Assembly (NCBI GenBank): GCA_030390025.1
Contig: CM059431.1
Coordinates: 128,032,001-128,096,000 of the forward strand
Length of the DNA: 64,000 bases
DNA from: Squalus acanthias
Taxonomy: Eukaryota
Direction of reading: 5' to 3'
Shown here: one piece after another, positions 45,226 through 60,248 of the stretch
Layout of the letters: every line of letters starts with the position of its first letter
How positions within the stretch are numbered: the stretch's first letter is position 1
Translations under genes and position numbers: made by a program
Notes under the pieces: generated by a model
Seen by the model: the letters and a program-made list of their open reading frames with translations, nothing else
The model's database searches: none
What the model was told of the DNA's origin: nothing

Positions 45226-48200
45226 AAAGTATTTTGAAAATCTAGATAAATTACATCTACTGCATTATCCTTATCTACTCTCTCTGTTACCTCTTCAAAA
45301 AATTCAGTGAGATTGGTTAAGCAAGACTTTCCCTTTTGAAATCCATGCTGACTATTCATTATTATATTTTTGGTTGCTAAATGTTGTTCCATTTTCTCCT
45401 TTAGTAGGGATTCTATTATTTTTCCTACCACAGATGTTAAGCTGACTGGCCTATAGTACCCTGGACATGTTCTATCTCCCTTCTTAAATATAGGTATTAC
45501 GTTAGCTATCCGCCAGTCCTGTGGCACTACACCTTTTTCTAACAAATTATTAAATATGTGTATCTCTTCCCCAGATTCTTTTAAAATGTGTGGATGTAAT
45601 CCGTCCGGACCAGGCCTTTTATCCTCTTTGAGTTTGATTAGTTTATTTAATATATCTCTTCTTTTTAATTTAAATGTAGTTCTCTCATTACTAATCTAAT
45701 CATCTGATGTCATATCCACCTGTTCTATCTCCCTGGTAAATACTGAAGCAAAGTAATTATTTAATATTTCTGCCATCTCTATATTGCTGCCTGTGCTATT
45801 ATCTTGTCCATCCCTTAGTGGCCCTATTCCCATCCTGGCCTTCCTTTTTTATTGAGGTGCCTGTAAAATATTTTACTATTTTGTTTTATGTTCCTTGATA
45901 ATTTAATTTCATAGTTCCTCTTTGCCTTCCATATTTTTTTTTTACTTCTCTCCTAATCTCTTCATATTCTCCCTTATCACGCTGTCTACGTACTTAATGT
46001 ATGCTTCTTTCCTTACCCTAATTTTTTCCTTATGGCTTTATTCATCCATGGTGTCTCATTAGTGTTTAGCTTGTTGAATATATTTTTCCTGGACTAAATT
46101 GAACACCGTTTTAAACATTTCCCATTGCTGTTCTACTTCATTGTTCGCCAATATTGTTGTCCATTTTATTTTCCCAAGTTCTATTCTAAGCCCCTAAGCA
46201 TCAGCCTTTCTCCAATACCTGGTCTTTGTCCTACTTATGTCCTTCTCAATTATTATCTTAAAGCGTATTATATTACACAAGAACATAAGAACATAAGAAA
46301 TAGGAGCAGGAGTAGGCCATTTGGCCCCTCGAGCCATTTAATAAGATCATGTCTGATCTGATCTTGGCCTCAACTCCAATTTCCTGCCCGCTCCCCATAA
46401 CCCTTGATTCCCCATAGCTCAAATATCTGTCTATCTCCGCCTTGAATATATTCAATGACTCCGCCTCCACAGCTCTCTGGGGTAGAGAATTCCAAAGATT
46501 CATGACCCTCTGAGAGAAGAAATTCCTCCTCATCTCCATTTTAAATGGGCGACCCCTTATCCTGAAACCATGCTCCCTAGTTCTAGATTCCTCCATGAGG
46601 GGAAACATCCTCTCAGCATCTACCCTGTCAAGCCCCCTCAGAATCTTATATGTTTCAATAAGATCACCTCTCATTCTTCTAAACTTCAATGAGTATAGGC
46701 CCAACCTGCTCAACCTTTCCTCATAAGACAACCCATTCATCTCAGGAATCAACCTAGTGAACCTTCTGTGAACTGCCTCCAATGCAAGTATATCCCTCCT
46801 TAAATAGGGAGACCAAAACTGTACGCAGTTCTCCAGATGTGGTCTCACCAACACCCTGTACAGTTGTAGCAAAACTTTCCTACTTTTATACTCCATCCCC
46901 CTTGCAATAAAGGCCAACATTCCATTTGCCTTCCTAATTACTTGCTGTACCTGCATGCTAACATTTTGTGTTTCATGTACGAGGACACCCAGATCCTTCT
47001 CTCCATTTAAATAATATTTTGCTTTTCTATTCTTCCTACCAAAGTGGATAACCTCACATTTTCTCACATTATACACCATCTGCCAAATTTTTGCCCACTC
47101 ACTTAACCTATCTATATCACTTTGCAGACTCTTTGGGCTGGATTTTAACTTTGGATGCGGCTTAGGGGGCGGGACAGCTGCCTTCTGGGTTCTGATCCCG
47201 CCCTCAACGACGTCCGACACACAGATGCTATTTTGTGTCAATTAGCCTTGTTAAGCCCGCCCTGCGGGCTTGCTGGCCAATTAAGAGAAAGCCGGTGTCA
47301 GATGACGTCAGTTGATGACGTGTCATCTGCCGGTTTTCTTAAAGGAGCCACACACAATTTTTTTTGACAGCTGATTTTTCAGTGTTTGACAGCAAACACT
47401 GACAATCACTGTACAAAGGTGAGCCCTTGCACCCAGGCTCTCTAGTAACTCCCTCCTTAGGCTAGAACAGATGGCAGCTGCAGGTGAGGTTACAGAAGTG
47501 ATCTGTCACTGGTGAGAGAGGTTGTCCCAATGAGGTGTGACTACACAAACACTTCAAAACTTGTTACCTACAGAAAAGTCTAAATACATTAAAAATGATT
47601 TTCCCAACATTTTCTTACCTCTGAAACTCACCAGTGTACCATTGGATCCTTCACACCACTTCTGCAGCTGTCATCAATTAAGAAACATTACAGTAGACCC
47701 ACAGCACACCACATTTATCCTGGTGTGGTGTCTGGAAATTGGGAAGCCCGCAGTAGACCTGTCAAAATTGGAAAAAGCCTCTTAGTTGCTTCTTAACAAC
47801 CTGTTAACAAGCAGTTAAGTGCCTATAATCCTCTTCCCGCCGCTAGCTGTTGGGTCCATGCGCAAATCGGGGACCCGGCAACTGGGAAGATTGTTTGGAG
47901 GCAGGTTGACAGCGGGTTCGGGACCCGCTGTCAATCTTTGCAATTTTGCCACCGGTCCTGCCTCCAAACTCGACCCCTGGGTGCCGGCAAAATTCCCCCC
48001 TTTGTGTCCTCCTCACAACTTGCTTTCCCACCTATCCTTGTATTGTCAGCTAATTTGGCTACAGTACACTCGGTCCCTTCATCCAAGTCATTAATATAGA
48101 TTGTAAATAGTTGAGCCCAGCACTGATCCCTGTGGCACCCCGCAAGTTACAGTTTGCCAACCGGAAAATGACCCATTTATCCCGACTCTCTGTTTTCTGT

Positions 48201-51120
48201 TAGTTAGCCAATCCTCTACCCATGCTAATATATTCCCCCCAACACCATGAGCTCTTATACAGTTATAGAGTCATAGAGTTATACAGCACAGAAAGAGGCC
48301 CTTCGGCCCATCGTGTCTGCGCCGGCCATCAAGCCCTGTCTATTCTAATCCCAGTTTCCAGCACTTGGTCCGTAGCCTTGTATGCTATGGCGTTTCAAAT
48401 GCACGTCTAAATGCTTCTTGAATGTTGTGAGGGGTCCTGCCTCTACCACCCTTTCAGGCAGTGAGTTCCAGATTCCAACCACCCTCTGGGTGAAAAAGTT
48501 TTTCCTCAAATCCCCTCTAAACCGCCTGTCCCTTACCTTGAAACTATGCCCCCTGGTTATTGACCCCTCTACTGAGGGGAAAAGTTCCTTTCTATCTACC
48601 CTATCTATGACCCTCATAATTTTGTACACCTCAATCAGGTCCCCCCTCAGCCTTCTCTGCTCTAAGAAAAACAACACCAGCCTGTCCAGTCTCTCTTCAT
48701 AGCTGAAACGCTCCAGCCCAGGTAATATCCTGGTGAATCTCCTCTGCACCCTCTCCAATGCAGTCACATCGTTCCTATAGTTATCTTGTGCAGTAACCTT
48801 TTATGTGGCACCTTATCGAATGCCTTTTGAAAGTCCAAATACACTATATCTACTGGTTCCCCTTGATCCACCCTGCTTGTTACATCCTCAAAGAATTCTA
48901 ATAAATTTGTCAAACACGATTTCCCTTTCATAAAACCATGTTGACTCTGCTTGATTTTATTATCATTTTCTAAGTGTCCTGCTACTACTCTCTTAATAAT
49001 GGATTCCAGCATTTTCCCAATGACAGATATTATGGTCACTATTGCCTAGACGTTTCTCTACTTTTATTTCTTTTATCTACTCTGGGTCATTCCCCATTAC
49101 TAGATCGAATAGCGAATCCTCCCTTATTCGGCTTCTTACATATTGGTCGAGAAAGGAGTCCTGTACACATTGTAGGAACTCCATTCCCTTATCCCCTTTA
49201 CCTACCTCTTCTGTCCAGTTAATATCAGGGTAGTTGAAATCTCCCATGATTATTATTCTATGTTTTTTACTCATTTCCCTAATTTGTTTGCATATTTCTT
49301 CCTCCACCTCCCTTCCACTATTAGGTGGCCTGTAGACTACCCCTATTAGTGTGATTGATCCTTTATTATCTTTTATCTCTATCCACATGGATTCTATTTC
49401 TGTCTTGCTGATAGCTGCATCACTTTTTTCTACTGCCATTATGTTATCCTTAATAAGTGCAGCTACTCCACCTCCCCTTGTTCCCTCTCTATCTTTTCTA
49501 AGTGTGTTATAACCTGCAATATTTAATTCCCAGCCCTGATTTTTCTGTAGCCATGTCTCAGTAATCCCTACTATGTCTGGTTCCTCACGACACATGGTTG
49601 CTTTCAGTTCCCCTGTTTTATTACGGACAGTGTGTGCATTGCTGTACAGAGAGTTTAAACCATTTTTAATAGCAGTTCCTCTCACTTTATTTTTAACCAT
49701 CTTTTTAAACTCCTGTTCTACAACTCTATTTATTCCCTGGCCATCAATGTCCTCTCTTACTTTATTCTTTCCTATGCTCTCCTTTCCTCTTTTGTTGATA
49801 TTTAGGCTGGTTTCATTTCTTGTAGATCCCTCCCCCCCCCAGAGAAAACATGGGGGAGCTGGTGGGATTGGGTGTGGGTGGGGGGTTAAATGGGCAAAAA
49901 ATGGAAGCATGTCGGGAAGCCGGCTCCAACCCAGCAATTTCCAGCTTTTACTCAGTCGTGGCAAGAGCCAGCAGCCAATCCGATCTCAGGAGGCGGGTTG
50001 ACATTTTAAATATGTTAATAATGGTGGAAACCTCAGATTTAACCAGCATTGCAGGTTTAATTGTGGCCGGCCAGGTTTCCTGGGTCTCGGGGAGCACTCA
50101 GTGTGGGCTAGGAGGAACAGGAGTACTTCCTCCCACTCCCCCAAGCTCCCCTATCATCAGACCCCCCCATACAAACCTCCCTGCCCCCCCCGGGTTCGGA
50201 CCCACCCAGGATTGGGGATCAGACACCCACTCCTGGGATCAGATGCCCCCACCCCGGGGTCAGGAATCAGATCCGCCTTGGGATCAGACCCCTCTGGGGT
50301 CAGGGATTAGAAACCCCTTGGAATCGGACCCTCTTTGGGATCAGACCCCTCTGGGGTTGGGGATTGGACCTACCTGGTCCTACAGCCACTTCTCCAGCAT
50401 TTCCTGCCCGACTGGAAGCCAAACCTGTGAAGCAGGCTTACCTCCGAGCGGGGAACCTATCAGTGATGAAAGATGCACAATGTTAAATCTCCACAGCACG
50501 TGGGGAAACCCAGACTTCTGGGTTTCCTGCACACTACCAGTCTCCCCCGCTCCCAGCGTGTCAAAATATTAAAATTTCCCCCTTATTTTCCAAGGAGTAT
50601 GTGATCTCCTTATTCTTCCTATTAAAATGTACTACCTCACACTTATCTATGTTAAAGTTCATTTGCCAATTACATGCCCATTCTGTATGTTTATTAATGT
50701 CTTCCTGTATTTTGTCACAGTTCTACTTTGTATTAACTACACCTCCCAATTTGGTGTCATCCACAAATTTTGAAATTGTACTTCCGACTCCCTCGTAAAT
50801 GGTGAAGAACAGTGGTCACAGCACCAATTCTTGTGGAACACCACTTCCCACCATTTGCCAATCTGAGTAACGACCTTTAATTCCTACTCTCTGTTTTCTC
50901 TTTTGTAGCCAGCTTGCTATCCATTCTGCTACTTGTCCCCTGATTCCACTTGTTCTGACCTTAGTAATGAGTCTACTATGTGGTAACTTATTGAAGGCTT
51001 TTTGGAAATCCAAATATTTTACATCTATTACATTACCCTTAGCTACACTTTCTCTTACTTCTTCAGAGAATTCAATAAGGTTGGTGAAGCATGAGTTTTC
51101 TTTTTGGAATTTATTTGGAA
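45226..51120 (-). mobile_element. Stack of nested CR1 LINE fragments (RT, endonuclease, 3' tails)
   Basis: YRPVSLTSVVGK, SQHGF..KSCLTNL, YLDFQKAFDKVPH, IVGITETWL...MGDFNYPDINW; (CATAAGAA)n tail near 46280. Confidence 0.85.
47135..48000. mobile_element. Non-autonomous Harbinger-like element
   Basis: GGGCTGGATTTT...AAAATTCCCCCC termini, TSD TTT; CR1 sequence resumes seamlessly on both sides. Confidence 0.7.
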
Positions 51121-51599
51121 TATACTCTTTGTTATATTATGGTAAACGGAACTATAATTGAATCAGAATAATTCAGGCAGTGTATGAAGAAAGGAAATAC
51201 AGGGCCAATCAGAGTGACCGGAGACTATTTCTCAAGACAGCAGATTTACGTCCCATTATTATTTTACAATTGTAGCAAAATTATGAAATTCTTGTTCACT
51301 AAATCATTCATTGATTGAGATTGAGCTTGAAACTTCCCTCCTTTCTGTTACTTTGATTTGCCCTTACACCTGCTATTGAAGTCACTAACAAAAGACTTCA
51401 CATTGAAGTCACTAACAAAAGACTTCAATTTAAGAGAAGAAACAATGAAAAGATTTTTGTTCAACTTTAACTTTTTTTTCTGGAATCCAGCAGCTCTGCT
51501 GCCATAAACTGCATTCTATTAAATCCATTTTCTGCACCTTTTACCCAGCAGCTTTTAACTCTTATAAATGCCAATTAGGATGACACAGGTGTCATCAAT

Positions 51600-51990
51600 A
51601 GAAATCAAATTAACAAAAGTGCTCCCTTTTTAAAGGGGCACAAATAATAAACTCCAATTATAAGTGAAACATAAGGAAACTTAGCAAATTAAAGTATAAT
51701 GTTGTTCCTGGTGTCAAATATGCACTCCAGTCCCTCTGGTGCCCACCTCAATCGTACCAGTGGACACTGCATGCTACCTCTCCAGGGACAACTGAGAGGC
51801 AGGCAGTCGGGCCGAACAATCCCCTCGACTGCTTGCTCCCTGGACCTATGGATGGCCACCTTGGCAAGGCCTAGAAGCAGTCCCACAAAGAGGTCCTCCA
51901 ACTTGCCCACCCCTCTCTGCACCAGGTGGCCAAAGATCAGGCGTGTGGGATGAAGTCCGGCCCCTTCAAGTAGTGGAAGAGAGGACCCGG
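51600..51990 (-). mobile_element. Tx1/L1-clade LINE 3' remnant
   Basis: DLFVGLLLGLAKVAIHRSR resembles the Tx1-like ORF2 C-terminus. Confidence 0.5.
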
Positions 51991-54900
51991 CCGCTTTTAG
52001 CTATGTAAAGTTTCTGAAGCTCTGCAGTGCTCCATAGCAACTGAATAACAAAGCAATGCCACATAAGATGTTCATCATATGTTGATGCCATTCCCTCACA
52101 CTTCACCATGTTTGTTCTCTCTTTCCTCTCAATTTCTCTCTCTAATTTGACTTTGACTCTGTAAAGCTATTTCCTCCTTTGGAAACCAGGATCTTAATAT
52201 CGCAATTTTATCAACATTTGGTGAGTTTTTCTGTAGGTTTTTTTTAGCCTTGCTGACAGAAACAGTGCCAACCATGATTCTCTTGCAAAATGATCATTTC
52301 ACACCTCTCAAGTATCTTAACAGCCACTTAAATTGTCAAGTAATGGCCAAGTACATTAATCCTGCTCCAGAGTGGGAAAGAAATTAAGCAGAGCAGTAAA
52401 TTTGTATACCCCAATTCACTGACACAGTCATTTCTGCATTTTGAAAAACTAATTTATAGACAAGTGCCATTAGGGCTAATTAGCTTTTATGTGTGTAATC
52501 AACCTTTACAGTTTGAAATCTGATAGCTGAAAAAAGAATAAACTGCAATTCAAGTTTTTAAAAGTGTGTACATTGTTCACTGTGTAGTTTGCATTGAATT
52601 TTGAGATTTTCTACTTTTCTTGAGTAACAATGAAATATAAAGCTGAGTACAACAATGGAAGCACATCTATTTAAAGTACTCTCAGCTCTGGAGCTCTTAA
52701 TTCTTTATTCCGCCTGTGAGTGCAGCACAGCTGACTGTTTAAAATCCCAATGTGGGAGTGAACCGTTATCAATGGAGTCTACATTCTCTGCTGACATTCT
52801 TCCAATGGCCAAAGAGGTCAACTGCTCCTCTGTTGACTTAACACTCACTCAGCAACTAAGTTAATTTCTACCTGGTCATTTTCAGTTCCTCCCAGTGAAA
52901 ACTGCTGCATCTTTCTCTGAAAGCTCATCAACAATTTATTAACAAACCTTAATAAACAACAGCAGATTTTTTAAATGTTACCAATTTCACTCACCCTTTT
53001 TTGGGAGGTGAAAAGCAGGAATTAGTGCAGAAACTGAAATAACTCAGTTTACCTTCCAGCTTTCTACCAGCTTTACTGCCTCTCTCTGTTATTGTTGCTG
53101 TTAATCAACAATGGAAAACATCTCCAAATAAGCCCAATCTTGATTACTTTTAGGATGATATTATTTATTTAATGCATGAAGAAATTTCTTCCAAAAATGC
53201 ACTGAATAAGATAAAATGTTGTTTCTTAACTATAGTGCTGAGATCTAAATATTTCCTTGAATGGGTTACATCACCCTACTAGACAAATGGTACTAAGGTT
53301 TCAATTCTGTGGTCAAAAATCTAGATCATAGCCTAGCAATTCCACAATCTTTTTTATAGAGAACTGGCAGTTTTCCAATGCAGGAGAGTGGGGTAGGTCG
53401 TGAGGCAGGACTAGAGTTTTGCCCCTCCAATTATGTACTAAAAAATTCTAGCAGAAGTGGGCGGGTGGAAGAAGGGCCAGCCCCTAAACAGACAAATTCA
53501 TGAAAATGATGGAATAATGTAATTTGGCAGATATCCCATTATTTCCACCAACACTGCACCAGACCTTACGCACGCCTCTATAAAATAGCTGTGAGTTGTC
53601 CGAGCAATTGTCAGGTTCTGACTGTCCAGAAATTTTGTCTGAAATCTCAACAAGGGTGGGTTTTGCAAGTATTTGTTTTTTCTATGCTGCTCATAAAGGA
53701 TTTGACAAACTGTCCTTCAACAGTTTCAGGCAACAAAATCCATTTGTTTTCACCCTTGCGTCTTTGTCCCTTTACCATGGTGTTCACTCTGGCCATGAGT
53801 GAACCAATTGAACACTCAAACAGCTTTCATGGTTATCACCAAAAAGTACCTCATTTACTGAATTAAATTTCATAACCTCTCATTTAGTTCAGTACCATAA
53901 TCACTACACTATCTGTGCTTGGGAGGGGTAAAACCAGGCAAGGTTCTCATCCCTGATTACTACCTGGTGACTCCTAATGGAAGGTGCACGTGAATGAATG
54001 TTGGGCGAGAGGCGAATTCCACTTGGTTTTGATGACACTTGCAGTCAAACAACCCATTGGCAATCACTATCTATCCACGTACATAACGAACAAGGTGTCT
54101 GAGTGTACAACTGCAATTGGAACCATTCCCTCAGATGATAATAAAATTGCCTGAGCAAAAACAATTAAGGTTAAACTGTTAATTTCTGTTCCACTACAGA
54201 TATGTTAAGGAATTAGTTCATACCATTACACTTAATAGTACTGCTGAGAGTTAGAAATATCTGGAGGAAATACAGCAAAGGAAAGACTGAGTGAGAAACT
54301 GATGTGTGTACTATGTATGACAGATTTGTCCAGAGGGACTGTCACACAGCTGGCCAACTAATCAATTGCCTCCCCCAGATTGTTTCACATTATGATATAT
54401 GTTAGCATTAAATGTTAAATTCTATAATGAAGGATGGGAAGCTAGGGATAGCAGATAAGTGTTGAGCTTGAAACCAAATAAAAAGATCAGTCTGGAGTCA
54501 GATTCAGATTCACAGCACTATGTTTATCAAATGAGGCACTGCCAGGCCCTAATTAGGAGCTAATCGCATTAGTTTTGGGGATGTGTAAAAGCATAAATCA
54601 CATATTTATAAACTAAGTTCTACTGTACAAAATGCACAAAGCAGTAATCAGATGCCCCAGAAATGTAACAATAGCACTGGACATTGAAGCCTAGATTTCC
54701 ACCAGTGGAAGTATAGTGAAAGCACACTTCCAACCACCTTTCCCGGAGACAGTGCTTTTATATAATTATTGGCAGGCTCTTGCGGGCGACCCACCAACGA
54801 TTGGACACCAGTGTCTGTGGGAGTGAAAACTCCAATGCTCCTACATCACTTTAAGGCCTGCAATAAATTAAAGGAGAAGGTGCAAAGAAAAGAAGGTGAA

Positions 54901-55287
54901 AAGTGAGGGCAGACAGGAGACTTGCAGAAAAGAGAGTATCACACTTCAGGCTACAATTAGAGCACAATCGAATGAGGTGGCTGAAGCAGTTAATGCTATC
55001 TCCCTCCCCAACCTCCAAATTAGTAACTTAGTGCCAGAAAAAATACAATGATCTGACCAGGACAACCAAGGTAAGTGGGTCACCCACCCCAACAAAGGTC
55101 TTTCCCTGCACCACTTTGTATGGGTGCACTAGTAGGCATTCCTCTTGGAATAGAGCATGACTGGGAGAATGAGCAGATCCCATGCAGAGCAAGACAAGTT
55201 GCTGGAAGAGGGAGGAGGAGGAGGGGAAGACGGGCTCTCAACAAGAGGCCATATCCACCCAGGGTGTTTAGGGAGCTATTCTCCTAC

Positions 55288-58200
55288 TTTTTTAAAATGT
55301 GGGGTTACATTAGCTACCCTCCAATCCATGGGAACTGTTCCAGAGTCTATAGAATTTTGAATGATGACCAGCAATGCATCTACTATTTCTAAGGCCACTT
55401 CCTTAAGTACCCAAGGATGTAGATTATCAGGCCCTGGGGATTTATCGGCCTTCAATCCCGTCAATTTCCCTAACACCATTTCCCTACAAATACTGATTTC
55501 ATTCAATTCCTCCCTCTCATTAGACCCTATGTTCCCCGACATCTCTGGGAGTTTATTTGTGTCCTCCTTTGTGAAGACAGAACAAAAGTATGTATTTAAT
55601 TGGTCAGCCATTTCTTTGTTCCCCATTATAAATTCCACTGATTCTGACTGCAAGGGACCTATGTTTGACTTCACAAATCCTTTTCTCTTCACATATCTAT
55701 AGAAGCTTTTCCAGTCAGATTTTATGTTCCCTGCTAGCTTACTCTCATATTCTAATTTCCCCCTCTTAATTAATCCCTTTGTCCTCCTTTGCTGAATCCT
55801 AAACTGCTCCCAATCCTCAGGTTTGCTGCTTTTTCTGGCCAATTTATATGTTCTCTCCTTGGATCTTATGCTATCCCTAATTTCCCTTGTGAGCCACGGT
55901 TGAGTCACCTTCTTTGTTTTATTTTTATGCCAAACAGGGATGAACAAATTCTGTAGTTCATCCATGCGATCTTTAAATGTTTGCCATTGCCTATCCACCA
56001 TCAACCCTTTAAGTAACACTTCCCAATCCATCCTAGCCAACTCGCACCTCATACCATCGTAATTTCCTTTATTTCAATTATGGACCCTGGTCTCTGAGTC
56101 AACTACTTCACGCTCCATCTTAATGACGAATTCTATCATATTATGATTGCTCCTCCCCAAGGGGCCTCGCACAACAAGATTGCTAATTAATCCTTTCTCA
56201 TTACATAATACCCAGTCTAAGATGGCCTGATCTCTAGTTGGTTCCTCGACATATTAGTCCAGGAAACCATCCCGTATACACTCTAGGAATTCCTCCTCCA
56301 CAGTATTGTTACTAATTTGGTTAGCCCAATCTATATGTAGATTAAACTCACCCATGATAACTGCTGTGCCCTTATTGCACGCGTCTCTAATTTCCCGTTA
56401 AATTGCATCCCCAACCTCAGCATTATTGTTTGGGGGTCTGTATACAACTCCCACTAACATTTTCTGGCCCTTGGTATTTCTCAGCTCTACCCATACAGAT
56501 TCCAGATCATCAGAGCTAATATCCTTCCTTACTATTGTGTTAATCTCCTCTTTAACCAGCAATGCTACCCCACCTCCTTTTCCTTTTTGTCTGTCCTTCC
56601 TGAATATTGAATACCCCTGGATGTTGAAGTCTCAGCCTTGGTCACCCTGGAGCCATGTCTCCGTAATCCCAATTATATCATATCCATTTACATCTATTTG
56701 CGCAGCTCATTCATCCACCTTATTACAAATGCTCCTCACATTAAGACACAAAGCCTTCAGGCTTGTTTTTTTAACACTCTTAGTCCTTTTAGAATTATTA
56801 TTTACTGTAGCCCTGTTTGATTTACACCCTTGATTTCTCTGCCTTCCACTTTTGCTTTTCTCCTTCCTGTCTTTTGCTTCTATCCTTGCTTCCCTTTCCT
56901 CTGTTTCCTTGCACAGGTTCCCAACCCCCTGCCATTTTAGTTTAAACCCTCCCCAACAGCACTAGCAAACACTCCCCCTAGGACATCGGTCCCGGTCCTG
57001 CCCAGGTGCAAACCGTCCAGTTTGTACTGGTCCCACCTCCCCCAGAACCGGTTCCAATGTCCCAGGAATTTGAATCCCTCCCCCTTGCACGATTCCTCTA
57101 GCCACGTATTCATCTGAAATATTCTTCTATTTCTACTCTGACTAGCACGTGGCACCGGTAACAATCCTGAGATTACTACCTTTGAGGTCCTATTTTTTAA
57201 TTTACCTCCTAACTCCCTATATTCAGCTTTTAGGACCTCATCCCATTTTTTACCTATAGCGTTGGTACCTAGATGCACCACGACAACTGGCTGTTCCTCC
57301 TCCCCCTCCAGAATGCCCTGCAGCCGCTCCGAGACATCCCTGACCCTTGCACCAGGGAGGCAACATACCATCCTGGAGTCTCGTTTGCGGCCGCAGAAAC
57401 GCCTATCTATTCCCCTTACAATAGAATCCCCTATCACTATAGCTGTCCCTCTCTTTTTCCTCTCGTCCTGTGCAGCAGAACCACCCATGGTGCCAGGAAA
57501 TTGGTTGCTGCTGCCTTCCCCCGATAAGCCATCTCCCTCAACAATATCCAAAGTGGTATATCTGTTTGAGAGGGGGATGTCCACAGGGGACCCCTGCACT
57601 ACCTGCCTGCGCCTACTACTCTGCCTGGTGGTCACCCATTCCCTTCCTGCCTGTGCAGCCTTTAGCTGCGGTGTGACCAACTCCCTAAACGTGCTATCCA
57701 CGATGTCCTCAGTATCGCGAATGCTCCAGTATGCATCCATTCACAGCTCCAGCGCCGCAATGCGGTCTGCCAGTAGCTGCAGCTGGATACACTTCCTGCA
57801 CACATGGTCAACAGGGACACAGGAAGTGTCCCTGATTTCCCACATAGTGCAGGAGGAGCATGCCACGGGGCTGAGCTGTGCTGCCATGACTTATCCTTTA
57901 ATTAATTTAAATTAACTCAAATCAATACCACAAATTACACTACAATTAAATGATATACTCAAGGGCCCTTGTATACTAGCACTCCCTGCTACACAACAGA
58001 GACCTTAGAAACTATAACCACAAAAATTAGGACCTTCTAAACTTTATAAACTATTAACCTGAACTGTCAAACTACAGAGTAGTATAAATACTCACCTGGC
58101 CATACTCACCCAATCAGCTGCTTCCTCTTGTCCGCATCACTTTTTGAATTGTGACGTGGCTCTGGAACGCCGCCGCCAGTCTGTGAGATTGGTAAGCCTC

Positions 58201-58340
58201 AGAAAAAAAGCCTGCGAAAGTGAGTTTAAATACTCACTGTGCTGCTGCTCTCTCCGCTCCCGACGCTGGCCTCTGCAAAAAAAACCCGTGAAAGTGAGTT
58301 TAATTACTCACTGTGATGCTGCTCTCTCCGCTCCCGACAC
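55288..58340 (-). mobile_element. CR1 LINE 5' portion (5' UTR repeats, ORF1, endonuclease, start of RT), 3'-truncated
   Basis: ORF1 is followed by APE and linker sequence that ends at DWRVANVTPHFKK. Confidence 0.88.
56937..57886 (-). pseudogene. CR1 ORF1 with SGNH/GDSL esterase-like domain
   Basis: IVIGDSIVRG, CCLPGARVRD, VVHLGTN, DGLHL motifs; Cys-rich N-terminus lies upstream of the called ORF. Confidence 0.85.
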
Positions 58341-60248
58341 TGAATCTTAGTAAGTGACAGTGTGTGAGGCGTCGGCGCTTCACCATGGAGGTCCTCACTG
58401 AAATCTGCCAACTGCTGCAAGCTCAACTACAACCTTAGAGGCGGGCAAGGACCGCATTTCTAGTGGCTGTGAAGGTGACCGTGATGATGAACTTTTATGC
58501 GTCTGGCTCCTACTAGGTTGAAGCTAGAGATATTTGCAACATCTCACAGTTTGCCGTCCACTGTTCCATAAGGGAGGTCACTGAGGCTCTCTATTCAAAG
58601 AGAGCTAACTTCATTTCATTCTCTCTTGCCAGAGACAAGCAGTCGGAGCAAGCACAAGGGTTTACTAGGATTGCAAGCTTCCTCATGTTGCAGGGTGCCA
58701 TTGACTGCACGCAGATTGCTTTACGAGCGCAACATGCCAACTCTGCCATGTACTTGAACTGAAAGGGATTCCACACCTTCAATGTCCAGCTGGTGTGTGG
58801 TTATAGGCAGCACATCATGTCGGTCATAGTCCAGTATCCTGGCACTAGTCATGATGCATTCATTCTGTGGCAGTCCTTTGTGTCAGCTGCATTTCAGCCA
58901 TCACAGCAAACCAAAGGGTGGCGACAAGAGCTATCCGCTGATGACATGGCTCATGACATCGGTTCGCAACCCTACGCACACATGCACATGCATACAATGA
59001 GAGCCATGCTGGCACAAGAAATATGATAGAGCAGTCCATCGGCGTGCTGAAGCAACGATTCCGCTGCCTGGACTGCTCTGGAGGAGCCTGGCTGTACTCG
59101 GCTGAGCAAGTCTCATGATTTGTGGTGGTATGCTGCACAACCATGCCATCATGAGGGGAAAGCCCTTGCCACCAGCTATCAGGCGAGAGGCTGAGGGACA
59201 GGAGTATGATGAGGAGGAGGAGGAGAAGGCGAAGGAGGAGAAGGGGAGAAGGGGAAGGATTAAGAGGACGAGGCAGAAGTGGAGGAAGTAGAAGGGAGGC
59301 GGCAACCTAGACAGCCTCTTTCTGTAAGGGCTGTACGTGAATAACTCATTCGGTTGCAATACCTGTAACCACTACCCTAATTCCCCATTCACCAACAGTC
59401 CCACACTCCTTACCTTCCCTCTGTCACTGACCACCATCATCCACTTGGCCAAAATGCAAAAATAAAAAGCCACCGCAAAATAAACATTCCAAACCAAATT
59501 TATAAATGAAATCATGCCGTATTGCATACAAACGTAAACTAATCATGCTTGTGCATTCCCTTAGTGTCTGTCTTCCATATGCCTGTGCCTCACCTAGTGC
59601 TCCTATACAGTGCTACCCCAGTACTGCAGCATGGCTGGTGGAAGGCTGCTGACTTTCAGCGCAGGAGACTGCAGATAGCCTTGGAGGACATCCTCAAGCA
59701 GCTCTGTGCCTAGAAGGCCCAGCTTCAGACTGCACCATAGAGGGCAGATTGCTGGACTGCTCTGACACCCTGCAAGCCCCTTTGAACACTGGAATCAGCA
59801 GCCATGATGGCAGCAGTCTGAGCTTGCATGGCAGCAAGCTGAGCTTGCATGAGAGCAGTCTGAGCTTCCACTGCAGCACTCAGACTTTTGGTGAATGCTA
59901 CTTGTTCTGCAATGGAAGCTGAGACATCGGCCATCAGACGCTGCATCATGGGTGAGTCCATAAGTGTGCTAATGGAGTAGGCCACCACTCCCATGCTGGG
60001 AAGGATGGGCTCCAAGCTCTGCCCAAAGCCCTGTGCCAAGTTGGTGCCAGACTCGTCCATGCTCCTTGACATTGAACGCAGGCTTTCTGTCAGGCTTCCC
60101 AATTCACCAAGCATTTTGTTATGTATGCCCATCGGCTTTCTTCTGTAGCCTGGCTCATCAAAGTCCTCATCTGAGTCCACTGAATTTGTGTGTGACCTCG
60201 CCCCGACAAGCTGACACCTGCATTATCCTCACCCCCTGCCCTGGCTGC

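Noticed and set aside
52000..54690. Possible host exons in AT-rich non-repetitive sequence
   Set aside because: Only short ORFs with no recognisable domain or convincing splice structure; cannot be supported without a homology search.
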